Part shown: positions 10,353 through 20,342 of the stretch, in pieces
Position numbering within the stretch: the first letter of the stretch is position 1
How the letters are laid out: every line of letters starts with the position of its first letter
Source: a bacterium
GTDB lineage: Bacteria > Patescibacteriota > Saccharimonadia > Saccharimonadales > DATKHC01
Reading direction: 5' to 3'
Assembly: GCA_021781215.1 (NCBI GenBank)
Contig: JAJXXC010000010.1
Location: 1-50,313 of the forward strand
Length of the DNA stretch: 50,313 nt
Position numbers and translations under genes: made by a program
The notes under the pieces: generated by a model
What the model saw: the letters and a program-made list of their open reading frames with translations, nothing else
Databases searched by the model: none
Told to the model about the DNA's origin: nothing

Positions 10353-12098
10353 TTAAAGCAGCTTGTTGTTTCGATATCTAGCCACTACGTAGTAAGCACT
10401 TCCGGCGATTGCTGATACAGCGCCAAGTATCGCAGCGAATGTACCTACACCACCAGGGCCGGTATTTACTAGGTGAGAGGCCGGTACTATCACTACACAG
10501 TTAGGAGAGTTAGCTGGATATTGGGCTAATCCCGGAATAGTACACATTGCAGTTGGCGGAGGAGTAAAAGTTACTGATTTTGTACAATTGGCGCTAGATA
10601 CAGTTTGAGTAGTAGTCCCTACTGTAAACGTGTAGGTTGCGGATACTATATAAGTTCCAGCAATTGTATAAGTATGGCTAACTGTTAAATTAGATGGATC
10701 GGTTATAACTTGAACATTATTGTCGCCAAAGTCGTATGATACGCCGCTAAATACAGCCCCACCGGTTGCAGTAAAGGTGCTGGTAGCAATAATTGAATTT
10801 GCACTATTTGGATCATTGCTAACTGTGATTGATGTACAGGCGTAGTTTGGGGTTGATGGCTGAGCGATAGTAACACTCTTAATACAGCCCGGGCTGGTTG
10901 CAGATACGATCTGACCGTTAAGAATAAAGTTAACTGTAGCTGTAATACTCTGCTCGCCATAACTATCGAAAGTATAATTAACGTTAGTATCTCCGGCAGT
11001 TAAAGTATTGCTTGTGCCTGAGGTTAAATTATTAATTTTGTAAGTTACGTTCTGATATACCGGGCCATTTGCGGAATCATGACCGACATTCATGACTACG
11101 GTATTAGGGTTGGATGTTGCTTGACTTAGAGTAAGGTAGGTACATATATAGGACGGTTGTTGTGGTGTTGGTTGAGCAGGTAGAGTAACGCTCCTAACAC
11201 AATTTTGTGGGTTACTAGCCGATACGGTCTTACCATTGAGCGTAAAGTTCACGGTGGCAGTAACCGTTTGCGGTCCAAAACTATTGGCAGAACTATAATT
11301 TACATTGGTATCACCGGAGGTCAGCCAAGTAATAGTATTGTTGGTATCATTTTTGAACTGATAAGTGACATTAGTGTAAACGGCACCATTTGTTTGGGTA
11401 TGGTAGACGGTAGCAATGATATTGTTTGAGTTATATGGATAGTTAGAAATAACTAAACTATCACAAGTATATGTTGGAACTGCAGGAGTTGGGGTTGGCG
11501 CAGGTGCAGGAACTGCAGTAGCTCTTACCGGGTTACCACAGGAAGAGATAATTGCATATTGGAAAAGACCATTTCGCATAACTACAAAAGCTGGCAATGA
11601 GCTAACGGTAAACGAAACTCTCGGCGTTCTAATATAAAAAGGATAACCATCGTAGGGAGCTGGAGTGCTACCACCGTACTGATTAGAAATACTGTCTCGT
11701 CCAGCAGTAACTGCATTAGTAGCAACTATTCTGCCGTTTACTATGACGTCATTGTTAACGTCAACTGAACCTACGTAGGTTACGTTTTGGTTAGCAACAT
11801 CTTTTGTATTATTAATACTTGAGATGTCTTGTTGGGTTATATTGAATGACTTTAAGTAAAGATCAAGAATAGCTGTATGTCCTGGTAGGAAATTAGCTAG
11901 TTGCTGAGTAGATGTTACGCCACAAGTTATTACTGAGTTGGCCTTACAATCCTGCCCGCCATTAATCGATAGCGCACTAGCACTAGGTGTAATAAAACTA
12001 GTAAAAATTGCTGCTGGTAGCATTATAGACAGTAATAAAGTACCCAGAGTTAAAGAGGTTTTCTTTAGAAAGTTAGAGAAACGTTTGTTGTATATCAT
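10353..12098 (-). CDS. Secreted surface protein with three Ig/PKD-like repeats and LxxTG-type C-terminal sorting signal
   Basis: Signal peptide; ISSCGNPV; repeats starting YTCDSL/YICTYL/YACTSI; YDFGD...HTY PKD motif; LVNTG + TM + basic tail. Start 12098 preferred (ACAGGTGAG RBS) over 12131. Confidence 0.75.
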   Translation of the reverse strand: MIYNKRFSNFLKKTSLTLGTLLLSIMLPAAIFTSFITPSASALSINGGQDCKANSVITCGVTSTQQLANFLPGHTAILDLYLKSFNITQQDISSINNTKDVANQNVTYVGSVDVNNDVIVNGRIVATNAVTAGRDSISNQYGGSTPAPYDGYPFYIRTPRVSFTVSSLPAFVVMRNGLFQYAIISSCGNPVRATAVPAPAPTPTPAVPTYTCDSLVISNYPYNSNNIIATVYHTQTNGAVYTNVTYQFKNDTNNTITWLTSGDTNVNYSSANSFGPQTVTATVNFTLNGKTVSASNPQNCVRSVTLPAQPTPQQPSYICTYLTLSQATSNPNTVVMNVGHDSANGPVYQNVTYKINNLTSGTSNTLTAGDTNVNYTFDSYGEQSITATVNFILNGQIVSATSPGCIKSVTIAQPSTPNYACTSITVSNDPNSANSIIATSTFTATGGAVFSGVSYDFGDNNVQVITDPSNLTVSHTYTIAGTYIVSATYTFTVGTTTQTVSSANCTKSVTFTPPPTAMCTIPGLAQYPANSPNCVVIVPASHLVNTGPGGVGTFAAILGAVSAIAGSAYYVVARYRNNKLL

Positions 12099-12168
12099 AC
12101 TGTTATTCTCACCTGTCTTAGTTATTGACATTTATAATATAATTTCTATTCATATTTGTCAATAGATT

Positions 12169-12184
12169 TGTGATAACGGTCACC
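12169..12184. promoter_or_regulatory. Putative CRP-type binding site
   Basis: TGTGA-TAACGG-TCACC, 9/10 match to TGTGA-N6-TCACA, just upstream of a minus-strand TTGACA-17-TATTAT promoter. Confidence 0.4.
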
Positions 12185-12253
12185 GATACATATGTCCATC
12201 CACTATAGTAGTCCATTTTGTTCTATTATAAAAATAATTATGCCGACAGAGTT

Positions 12254-13060
12254 CTACTGATTATTTGGTAAGTATTCCTGAACTACGGCATTTTTGCTAT
12301 GAGCTGTAATTGTTGAGTTAAATACACCTCTAGTGACAGTCCAGTTAGTAGTTCCCTGTCCTTGAGTAACTAACATAATTTCGTTATCTATTTTAATATA
12401 ATAATTTACAGTTAGCGGGAATAGCTTGGTCGGTGCTACTTGTATAGTAGTAGCTTTGACACTTAAGTCAGTGGTTAGTTTGGTGATGGCGCTAGAGGGC
12501 AGAATCAGGCTAGAGCCGTTACAGGTCATTAGATTTTTAACTATTACCGGGTTAGTCCAAACACTTGGCCAATAATTTGTTGCCAAAGGACTTGCTTGAT
12601 AAAAAGTATCTACAGGCATCAAACTGGTGGTAAATTTAATGTAGGCTCCATTAATGTTTTGGATATCGCCAATTTGCCAATTATTTCCAAATGATTTTAT
12701 GGTTTTGTCCTGCCCATTTAATCTAATCGAAGCCCCTGGTTCATAGTTGCCGCTTTTAATATATCCTGTATAGTCTTCTGCAACCATAATACCCGTTACT
12801 CTGACCTCTTTGGTATTGGAGTCTTGAGTTACACAAGCAAAATTATCAAAAACTGAATTTGCGTAGTAGGCAGTAATATCTGGGTTCCAAGTGACTGTTT
12901 GTAGTTTCTGAAAATTATCAGATGCAGCATTAGATCTACCATTCTTATGATAAATTAATACGCTCACTGCTACAAAAAAAATTAATAATACAATTACCGC
13001 AAAAAATTCTATATGACTAAAGCCCTGGTTATCTAAATTTTTTGTTCTGTACTTTCTCAT
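12254..13060 (-). CDS. Prepilin-like (class III signal peptide) protein with C-terminal beta domain
   Basis: NQG|FSHIE followed by a hydrophobic stretch; ACAGGTGA RBS. Confidence 0.65.
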   Translation of the reverse strand: MRKYRTKNLDNQGFSHIEFFAVIVLLIFFVAVSVLIYHKNGRSNAASDNFQKLQTVTWNPDITAYYANSVFDNFACVTQDSNTKEVRVTGIMVAEDYTGYIKSGNYEPGASIRLNGQDKTIKSFGNNWQIGDIQNINGAYIKFTTSLMPVDTFYQASPLATNYWPSVWTNPVIVKNLMTCNGSSLILPSSAITKLTTDLSVKATTIQVAPTKLFPLTVNYYIKIDNEIMLVTQGQGTTNWTVTRGVFNSTITAHSKNAVVQEYLPNNQ

Positions 13061-13193
13061 ATTTCACCTGTTTGTTAAAATCTAGTGCTTACCCTTAATA
13101 GTTAATATATACCATTATGCTTATTTAAAATCAATTTTGGGGTTATTGCTTTTGATGTAAATTGTTTAATGTTTATTCATCAGTAACTCTTGA

Positions 13194-14522
13194 TTAAGCT
13201 AAATTGGAACTAATTTCGGCTATATATTTATGGTGTAGTTTTTTGAGCTCTTTCGGCCTAATACTCTTTAGTTCATCTACAACTTTTAATGAATTTTGTC
13301 TAAAATCTATGTCGGCTATAGCAATATCTGGATCTACGGCTAACGCTCGACGGTTAATCCCTAGTAGTTTAATGCCATCTAGCGATTTAACTCTTGAAAG
13401 TGCAACATAGCCCATTCCATTAACAAAGGCCTTACTTAAATCAATTTGAGCGGCATCTAGAGTCATACCTTGTGATTTGTGAACCGTGATAGCCCAGGCT
13501 AATCGAAGTGGTACCTGAGTAATTTCGGCTAAAGTTTCCATGCCTTCTTCTATTTTCCAGCTAGATGGAGTGGCGGTAATAATTTTTCCAGAAATGGTTT
13601 TAACGATTGGATAATGATCATCCTTATTAAAACCGATAACTTCGCCCAAAGTTCCGTTAACATAGCCTTTAGTAAAATTATTTTGCACAAACATTACTAT
13701 TGCCCCTTTTTTCAAATGTAATTCACTTGGTGCTAAACAAGTATCTGTCAGTGATTTAACCAAATATTTGTCTCCACTGGATTTCATTTCATATAGGTGG
13801 TCTTTAGTAGTTAGTTTGTCTAGCTCAGAGTCATTGATTAGATCAACATCTATATTGTGAGTATAGAGTTTTGTTGGTTTTATATCAGTCTTAACTTCTT
13901 CATTCATTCTTGCCTGCAGGTTTTTAACTGAATAATCTGAGACTTGGTTTTTTCTAATCTCGTCCAGTAGCCTCAAAAAGTCGTTGTTTTCTTGGCGGTG
14001 TTGTTCGGTTAAATAGCAAATCCTTAAATTCATTTTTTGCCAGACATCGGAGTTGTTAATATATTTGGCTGATTGTTGGCCACGCGAAACCGGTGGAAGT
14101 TGGAATAAATCTCCACAGAGTATTACTTGGATGCCGCCAAATGCTAAATCATTTTGATGAATTTTTTGTAGGACTTGATTAACCATATCTAAACGGAAAT
14201 CATGCAACATTGATACTTCGTCAATTATCAGTACTTTGGTGTTGAGTATCTTGGTTTTGTAGTCTTCTCGGTTAGAAATTTGGGCTAAATCTGAAGGCGT
14301 AAGCACATCTTTAATGCCGATGTGAGCCCACGAATGAATAGTTTTTCCATTCATGTGTGTAGCCGCTATGCCGGTAGAGGCGGTAATACCGACCACTACA
14401 TTATGTTTTTTTAGATATTTTATGTACTTATTTAAAAGATAAGTTTTTCCGCTACCGGCAGCACCGGTTAAAAAAACATTATGTCCTAGCATCAAAATAT
14501 TAAGAGCCTCGTCTTGATTCAT
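13194..14522 (-). CDS. PIF1 family 5'-3' DNA helicase
   Basis: FLTGAAGSGKT, TASTGIAA, IIDEVSM, GDLFQLPPV, QHRQ, YVNGTLG, AITVHKSQGMTLD, YVALSRV. Confidence 0.93.
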   Translation of the reverse strand: MNQDEALNILMLGHNVFLTGAAGSGKTYLLNKYIKYLKKHNVVVGITASTGIAATHMNGKTIHSWAHIGIKDVLTPSDLAQISNREDYKTKILNTKVLIIDEVSMLHDFRLDMVNQVLQKIHQNDLAFGGIQVILCGDLFQLPPVSRGQQSAKYINNSDVWQKMNLRICYLTEQHRQENNDFLRLLDEIRKNQVSDYSVKNLQARMNEEVKTDIKPTKLYTHNIDVDLINDSELDKLTTKDHLYEMKSSGDKYLVKSLTDTCLAPSELHLKKGAIVMFVQNNFTKGYVNGTLGEVIGFNKDDHYPIVKTISGKIITATPSSWKIEEGMETLAEITQVPLRLAWAITVHKSQGMTLDAAQIDLSKAFVNGMGYVALSRVKSLDGIKLLGINRRALAVDPDIAIADIDFRQNSLKVVDELKSIRPKELKKLHHKYIAEISSNLA

Positions 14523-14653
14523 GTTTCTAATTCTACCGAGTTTAGAGCCATATATCTAATTTGAAATACAAATTATAGCGCTAATGCTTGTCAGAAAGCT
14601 AAGCACAATCGTAGAATGTAAGTAATCTACAAACATGAATGAGGGGTTTTGAA

Positions 14654-15064
14654 ATGAGTGAAAAAATACCAGGAGTAAAAACTCAACAACAAAGAGTATT
14701 TGGGGACGGGTTTGATCTTGAAATGGGTATCGTCGATGAGCAAAGTCTAGCCAGTTTTTTTATTGAAAGACAAGACCGTGTGATTGAGAATGGTGGATAT
14801 GGTTGGTTGCCAGAAGATATTCAGGATTTAAAAGCTGGAAATGATATAAAAATTTATCTATATAGAGATTATAAAATTTTTGCTAAATTAGATTTTGATC
14901 ATGAAACTGGATTAGCTGATGTTCATGTTGTGGCTAAAAGTGGGCAAACTGATCTCTCGCTATTCTTAGGGCACGTCCCATTTGATGTAGCAGTTGATAT
15001 GGCAGAACAATATGTCTCAACAATAGATAGTCATCCAAGGCTGTTTGAAGTTAATTCATTGTAA
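14654..15064 (+). CDS. Hypothetical protein
   Basis: Unopposed ORF; GAGGGG purine tract before ATG at 14654 (alternative start 14639). Confidence 0.65.
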   Translation: MSEKIPGVKTQQQRVFGDGFDLEMGIVDEQSLASFFIERQDRVIENGGYGWLPEDIQDLKAGNDIKIYLYRDYKIFAKLDFDHETGLADVHVVAKSGQTDLSLFLGHVPFDVAVDMAEQYVSTIDSHPRLFEVNSL

Positions 15065-16715
15065 TATTGACAGTTTCACCACTCATATTCTTGGCGAAAA
15101 AGCTGTCGTGCGAGATGTAGATAATAGCACCATGATAATTTCGCATGGCTTTCTCTAGCTCTTCAATGCTTGGTAGATCTAGGTGATTTGTCGGCTCGTC
15201 TAGGATTAATATTTGTGGTTCATCAATTAGCATTGAAATTAATTGGACTCGGGCTTTTTGACCTCCGCTTAATCGTTCAATCATCATCTGCCCGTCCGTT
15301 GCTGGATTAAATAAATAGTCACTTAAGAGTTGTTTAATTTTCTGCTCACTAATCGGCAATTTTTTATCATCAAGGATTTGCTCTAGGGCAGCATTAAGCG
15401 TCATATTTAAATATTTGGGGTTGATCTCTTGTTCATATAAGCCAATCCTAATTTCACTCTCGACCTCTATCGTCCCCTTGAAACAAGTTGATGGTATCTT
15501 CTGTCCGTTAGTTTGGGCCATAAGGGCTTGAACTATAGTAGATTTACCGGCTCCGTTTCTGCCATGTAGTCTCAGGCGCTCACCTTCATTCAATATAAAG
15601 TTAATGTTATTAAACAGTGGCTTATTATCATAGCCAAGCGATAAATCACTAACTTGGATCAGTTTTCTTCCGGTGATAGCTTCATTTTTGTTTCTAGTAG
15701 ACACCTTAATGTTTTTGGCTTTGTGTTTATGGTAAGTCGCAGTTAGCTTGTCGTTAAGAGAACTTGCAGACTCTTGATCAATCCAAAACGATGGCTTAAC
15801 CGTATTAGCTAGTTCTAAAATTTGAGCTCGTGCTTTTTGCTCTTGAGATTTAAATCGTCTAATTGTTCCTGGATCACGGGCTCGCTCCTTAAGCCTTTGA
15901 AATCTAATTACATCTTCTTCAAGATTCATAATTCGTCGCTGTGACAGCTCATATTCGTTAACCTGGTTAGTTATCTGGTTTGCATTTGCTCTTAAGTATG
16001 CTTGGTAATTACCTTTGAAACTGAAGCTATGCCCATCACGGATTTCAATAATTCTATCGACAATACTAAGAACATCACGATCATGAGTAATAACTAAAAC
16101 TGATTCCTGTGCGGCTTTTAGCCATTTAGTGAAGGCGGACTTAGCTATATAGTCCATATGGTTTGTAGGCTCATCGATTAGGGCTATGTCACCTCGACTT
16201 CTAATTACTTTGATCAATTCAACCATTCGTTTTTGACCACCACTAAGCGAGCCAATGGTTTGATGGATTTTACTAGGATCAATTTGATAAATTTCAAAAG
16301 CTTGTTTGATTTCATCTTCTAGTTGATAGTATCCAAGCTGATTAAATCGTTCAATCGCATCAGAAAACTCTTGAAGCTTATGTGGTTTATTGCTGTCATC
16401 ATCCGAAAAACCGTCGATCGTTTTAATCAGTTTTGAGTATTCGGGCAGATCACCTTGAATATATTCTAAGACGGTTTTTGCTTCGTGACCGTAGTGTTCT
16501 TGTCGGCTACTGATGGTAATCGTCCCACGTTTTACTGTTACTTCACCGTCGAAATCGGTATCATCACCAGTAATAATGTTGAATAGGGTAGATTTGCCAC
16601 TACCGTTTCGACCAATTAGTCCAACTTTCTCTTTTTCTTGTATTTCAAAAGCTAGGTTATTGTAGAGAATTTTATCACCAAAACTTTTTTCAGATATGTC
16701 AACGGAAAGGATCAT
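15051..16715 (-). CDS. ABC-F family ribosome-associated ATPase
   Basis: Two ABC domains (GRNGSGKS/LSGGQ/IDEPTNH and GRNGAGKS/LSGGQ/LDEPTNHLD), GNY linker, no TM segments. Confidence 0.93.
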   Translation of the reverse strand: MILSVDISEKSFGDKILYNNLAFEIQEKEKVGLIGRNGSGKSTLFNIITGDDTDFDGEVTVKRGTITISSRQEHYGHEAKTVLEYIQGDLPEYSKLIKTIDGFSDDDSNKPHKLQEFSDAIERFNQLGYYQLEDEIKQAFEIYQIDPSKIHQTIGSLSGGQKRMVELIKVIRSRGDIALIDEPTNHMDYIAKSAFTKWLKAAQESVLVITHDRDVLSIVDRIIEIRDGHSFSFKGNYQAYLRANANQITNQVNEYELSQRRIMNLEEDVIRFQRLKERARDPGTIRRFKSQEQKARAQILELANTVKPSFWIDQESASSLNDKLTATYHKHKAKNIKVSTRNKNEAITGRKLIQVSDLSLGYDNKPLFNNINFILNEGERLRLHGRNGAGKSTIVQALMAQTNGQKIPSTCFKGTIEVESEIRIGLYEQEINPKYLNMTLNAALEQILDDKKLPISEQKIKQLLSDYLFNPATDGQMMIERLSGGQKARVQLISMLIDEPQILILDEPTNHLDLPSIEELEKAMRNYHGAIIYISHDSFFAKNMSGETVNITMN

Positions 16716-16785
16716 AACCGATTATTATAGATTAAAAAGCGACATACTCATAGCCAATAACTAGATTAGCCCTACTGATGAAACT

Positions 16786-17550
16786 CTATTTAGTTTCTTT
16801 TTTCATGAATTCACGAACGCTAGAGACCGTGTCCATAAATTGAGCCGGAAATACAATAGTGCTATTTTTATCAGAAGCAATCTCAGTCAGTACTTGTAAA
16901 TTACGAAGTTGTAAAGCTATTGGATGCTTGGAGATTACATCGGCGGCTTTAGCTAACGCATCGGCGCTAAGTTGTTCTCCCTCAGCAGCGATAATCTTTG
17001 CTCGTTTTTCCCTTTCAGCTTGAGCAGCAGCCGACATGGCGTTTTGCATACTCTCTGGAAGTTGTATATCTTTGAGTTCCACCATACTGACGTAAACTCC
17101 CCATTTTTCGGTGGTTTTATCGAGTATGGCCTTGATTGCATCATTAATCTTTATGGTTTGACTTAAAACATCATCTAATAGATTCTGGCCAATAATGTTT
17201 CTAACTGTCGTTTGAGCAATTTGATAGATTGCAGATAAAACGTCCTGAATATCTACTACAGATTTAGCGGCGTCAACAACCTGGTAGTAAGCCACAGCGG
17301 CAACGTCAATCGATACATTGTCTTTGGTAATAACTTTTTGTGAATCAACTGGCAGGGTTACGGTACGCATTCCTATCTTACGGATATTATCTACTAGGGG
17401 GATTATAAAGCAAATACCTGGTTCTTTTATCTGGGGCCTTAACTTTCCTAGTCTAAAAACTACTCCTCGTTCATATTGTTTAATTATTTTTACGCTTGAA
17501 AAAATAATTATTAGTAAAATAATGACTAAAATTACCATAAAACTTCCCAT
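16786..17550 (-). CDS. SPFH/stomatin (slipin) family protein
   Basis: YERGVVFRLG, VITKDNVSI, AQTTVR, AQAEREKRA, LQLRNLQ. Confidence 0.93.
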   Translation of the reverse strand: MGSFMVILVIILLIIIFSSVKIIKQYERGVVFRLGKLRPQIKEPGICFIIPLVDNIRKIGMRTVTLPVDSQKVITKDNVSIDVAAVAYYQVVDAAKSVVDIQDVLSAIYQIAQTTVRNIIGQNLLDDVLSQTIKINDAIKAILDKTTEKWGVYVSMVELKDIQLPESMQNAMSAAAQAEREKRAKIIAAEGEQLSADALAKAADVISKHPIALQLRNLQVLTEIASDKNSTIVFPAQFMDTVSSVREFMKKETK

Positions 17551-17613
17551 AATTTCTCCTTAATCTAGTTGTCTATATTCTCTACCTAATACAGAATAAT
17601 ATCAAGGCGAGGG

Positions 17614-19272
17614 CTAGAGGGTTGTAATAAATTTTTCATATTTATCATGGGATGCGAATACACCGATTATGATCAAGTTATCTTTGTCTACGGCATATAT
17701 AATCCGACCTCGTTGTAATTCTTTTGGCGCCTTAACGCCCGGTAGCTGGGTTGGATTTGCACGATATATTTTAACCCTCCTGCCATCAATAATAATATGG
17801 CTGGCTAATTGGTTCGCTGTTGATGCGACACCTTTTGAGGGAAATGGGTTAGTTTTTAGTATTTCAATTGCATGTAAATATATCTCGACCAGACGGATTG
17901 CTTGAGCATCGTTACCAAGTTGTCTTTTTAAAATATCCTCAACACTAAGATCATTCTTAGATTCGAATTGATTTAAATTATTTCGTCTTACTTCGATAAT
18001 TTGCCTTATGGGTTGCGTTTTTTCGCTTTGATACTGAGCATCAAGTCCTACATCATCTACGGATAATTTATTTCTTTGTGCTACTCGACCTTTTTGTTGT
18101 TTTGCAGGGACTCTTAATTCGGGTTGGGCATAATCTTTGTAAAAAAGTCGCCAATATCGGTCAACGGTTTCTTCGATGCTCGATAAGTCAGTCATAAACC
18201 AAGCCCTATGTTTAGTTAGTTGAACCTGCTTTTGTACTGTCAATGTATAGCTTTGTAATTTTTCGGCCATATATGTTTTATATGCTTGTTTGTATTCGTT
18301 TGGCCATTCGTTAAAAGAATTTGACATAAGCTTAATGAATTCATCTACTGAACTAAATAGTTTGGTAGAGATGAATGACATAAGATTATCGCCTCCGTCT
18401 TTAGCTAACCTTGCTCTCATAAAATCATTAGAAAAAATATTTGATGTAGCCAACGACTGCACCATACTGAGCGCATATCCTAATTCAGACTCTGCTCCTA
18501 GTAGTTCGTAATGATTAGACAAGAAACGTACAAAAGTTTTTTCGACTTCAATTTCAGAGTCTGAAAACTTTAGAAATGTTTCAATTAATTTTACGGATGA
18601 TTCTGAATTTTTGACTAATTCATCAAAGATTGATATTTCTATCTTTTTTCCAAGGTTATAAATTGGTTTGTACGTTTTCTTCGCATTTTCTTCGAGTGTC
18701 AGTAATTTATTATTGACTCTTGTGGCTATATTTTTGGATACAGTCATGTTGTCGGGGCTAAATAAATTATTAGTTTTTGTTTGGACTCGTTTTATATCAC
18801 GACCTTTCGCATAGGCATCTTCGGCTAGTCTGGAAATACTTTGACTGAAATCAAAGTCATTACTACTAGCCTTTAGGCGCCCAGATGCTACGAAAAGATT
18901 AACTATTTTGCTAAATCCGGTTGTACCTATTTTGGAAATGTTTTGTTTCTTATCTGGCGTCGTGCTAAGAGCCGCAGCATAGCTAAGCATTAGGTTTTGA
19001 AAATCGGACGCTAATTCACCATCAGATAATGCATCTTCAATTATCGATTGGTGATCATACCAAAGTTCTTGATACTTGGTAATCGGTTCGTATAAGTCAA
19101 ATGGCAATGGACTAGATTCAACATAACCAGACATGCCTTCGGGTGTTGAATTTGGTTCTGGAAATATATCTAGTGCAGTATGGCCAACCCTTCTAAAGAT
19201 TGACAAACCCGTACGACGTGGCTCGGCCGCTGAATTATTAGGTAAACCTTCTCCCATATGTGGCGTAGACAT
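17614..19272 (-). CDS. Hypothetical protein with possible C-terminal RelE/HigB-like domain
   Basis: 552 aa ORF; C-terminus IEILKTNP...IYR...RIIYAVDKDNLIIIGVFASHDKYEK. Confidence 0.6.
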   Translation of the reverse strand: MSTPHMGEGLPNNSAAEPRRTGLSIFRRVGHTALDIFPEPNSTPEGMSGYVESSPLPFDLYEPITKYQELWYDHQSIIEDALSDGELASDFQNLMLSYAAALSTTPDKKQNISKIGTTGFSKIVNLFVASGRLKASSNDFDFSQSISRLAEDAYAKGRDIKRVQTKTNNLFSPDNMTVSKNIATRVNNKLLTLEENAKKTYKPIYNLGKKIEISIFDELVKNSESSVKLIETFLKFSDSEIEVEKTFVRFLSNHYELLGAESELGYALSMVQSLATSNIFSNDFMRARLAKDGGDNLMSFISTKLFSSVDEFIKLMSNSFNEWPNEYKQAYKTYMAEKLQSYTLTVQKQVQLTKHRAWFMTDLSSIEETVDRYWRLFYKDYAQPELRVPAKQQKGRVAQRNKLSVDDVGLDAQYQSEKTQPIRQIIEVRRNNLNQFESKNDLSVEDILKRQLGNDAQAIRLVEIYLHAIEILKTNPFPSKGVASTANQLASHIIIDGRRVKIYRANPTQLPGVKAPKELQRGRIIYAVDKDNLIIIGVFASHDKYEKFITTL

Positions 19273-19412
19273 AATAGTTCCATATTATAGCATAATATCA
19301 AATAAAATTCAAAATTTAATATTAATTTTAGAACAACTACTTAAAATCTACTTGAATAATCTAACTAATCGGATAATACTCTTAAATATAATAACTATTA
19401 AGGAGAGTAAAT

Positions 19413-19694
19413 ATGTGGCAACTTTACGTATATAGTTTCATAGCAGGTTTATTTGGAGTTAATGCAATTCCTCATTTTATAAAAGGAATTTTCGGTAAAA
19501 CATTTCATACACCATTTGGTGAATCATCATCAGCCATGGTCAACGTAATTTGGGGTTGGCTCAATTTTGTGGCAGCTATGTTGTTATTATATTGGGCAAA
19601 TGTTCATCAACATCTGCTTCGCGCGTTCGTAATGGTTGGACTTGGTACGCTGCTGATGTCAATTATTTTGGCAAATTCAAGATCAAAAAAGTAA
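19413..19694 (+). CDS. Small membrane protein
   Basis: AAGGAG RBS; three hydrophobic segments; NAIPHFIKG...TPF...NVIWG. Confidence 0.8.
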   Translation: MWQLYVYSFIAGLFGVNAIPHFIKGIFGKTFHTPFGESSSAMVNVIWGWLNFVAAMLLLYWANVHQHLLRAFVMVGLGTLLMSIILANSRSKK

Positions 19695-19880
19695 ATGTGA
19701 TATAGGTACAATCATAGATGTCGGTTGTATTAATAGGTATTTACTAACGTATACTCGTCGATAATTACCATCCGCACTTTAGGTGAAGCAGATGTAATCG
19801 TACTTTCATAGCCGTATTGTCCTAACCGTATGGTCAGTTGTCTATCTGCTCTGCATGATTTATAAAAGTGTCGCAGTGTA

Positions 19881-20309
19881 CTATTTTATGGATATATCCC
19901 TAGCCTTGAGTTTTGACGGAGTTGTTTCTTGTATAGTAATCTTTAACATGCCGTCCTTGAATTCAGCTTCAATTTTATCGCTTTCCACTCCTTCTGGAAG
20001 AGTTACTCGCCTCAAGTAGCGATTATTAGTTTCTCGCACAAAGTATCGACGTTTATTCTTCTTTTCGTCCTTTTCCTTATGCTCCGCTGAAATCTCTAAT
20101 ATTCCCTTATCGAGCGTTACCTTAACGTCTTCTTTATTAAAATTTGGTAAATTGACCTCAGATATTAATTTACCGTCTTCTTCGTATAAATCCATAGCCG
20201 CAGTGTCAGTAAACGACGGGGACAAAAACCAATCATGCCACAGAAACCGGTCTAGGTCTCTCTCTGCCTTATTAAAATCATTTAGTGGATCGAATCTAAC
20301 TAATTGCAT
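19881..20309 (-). CDS. Hsp20/alpha-crystallin small heat shock protein
   Basis: DLYE, NLPNFNKEDVKV, RRVTLP, AEFKDGMLKI, C-terminal ISI motif; GGAGG RBS. Confidence 0.93.
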   Translation of the reverse strand: MQLVRFDPLNDFNKAERDLDRFLWHDWFLSPSFTDTAAMDLYEEDGKLISEVNLPNFNKEDVKVTLDKGILEISAEHKEKDEKKNKRRYFVRETNNRYLRRVTLPEGVESDKIEAEFKDGMLKITIQETTPSKLKARDISIK

Positions 20310-20342
20310 AATTTACCTCCAATTTTTAATTACTTAATTTTT

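Noticed and set aside
19720-19880. Slightly GC-richer gap between convergent genes with a ~50-codon minus-strand open frame
   Set aside because: No start, RBS, recognisable motif or convincing RNA structure.
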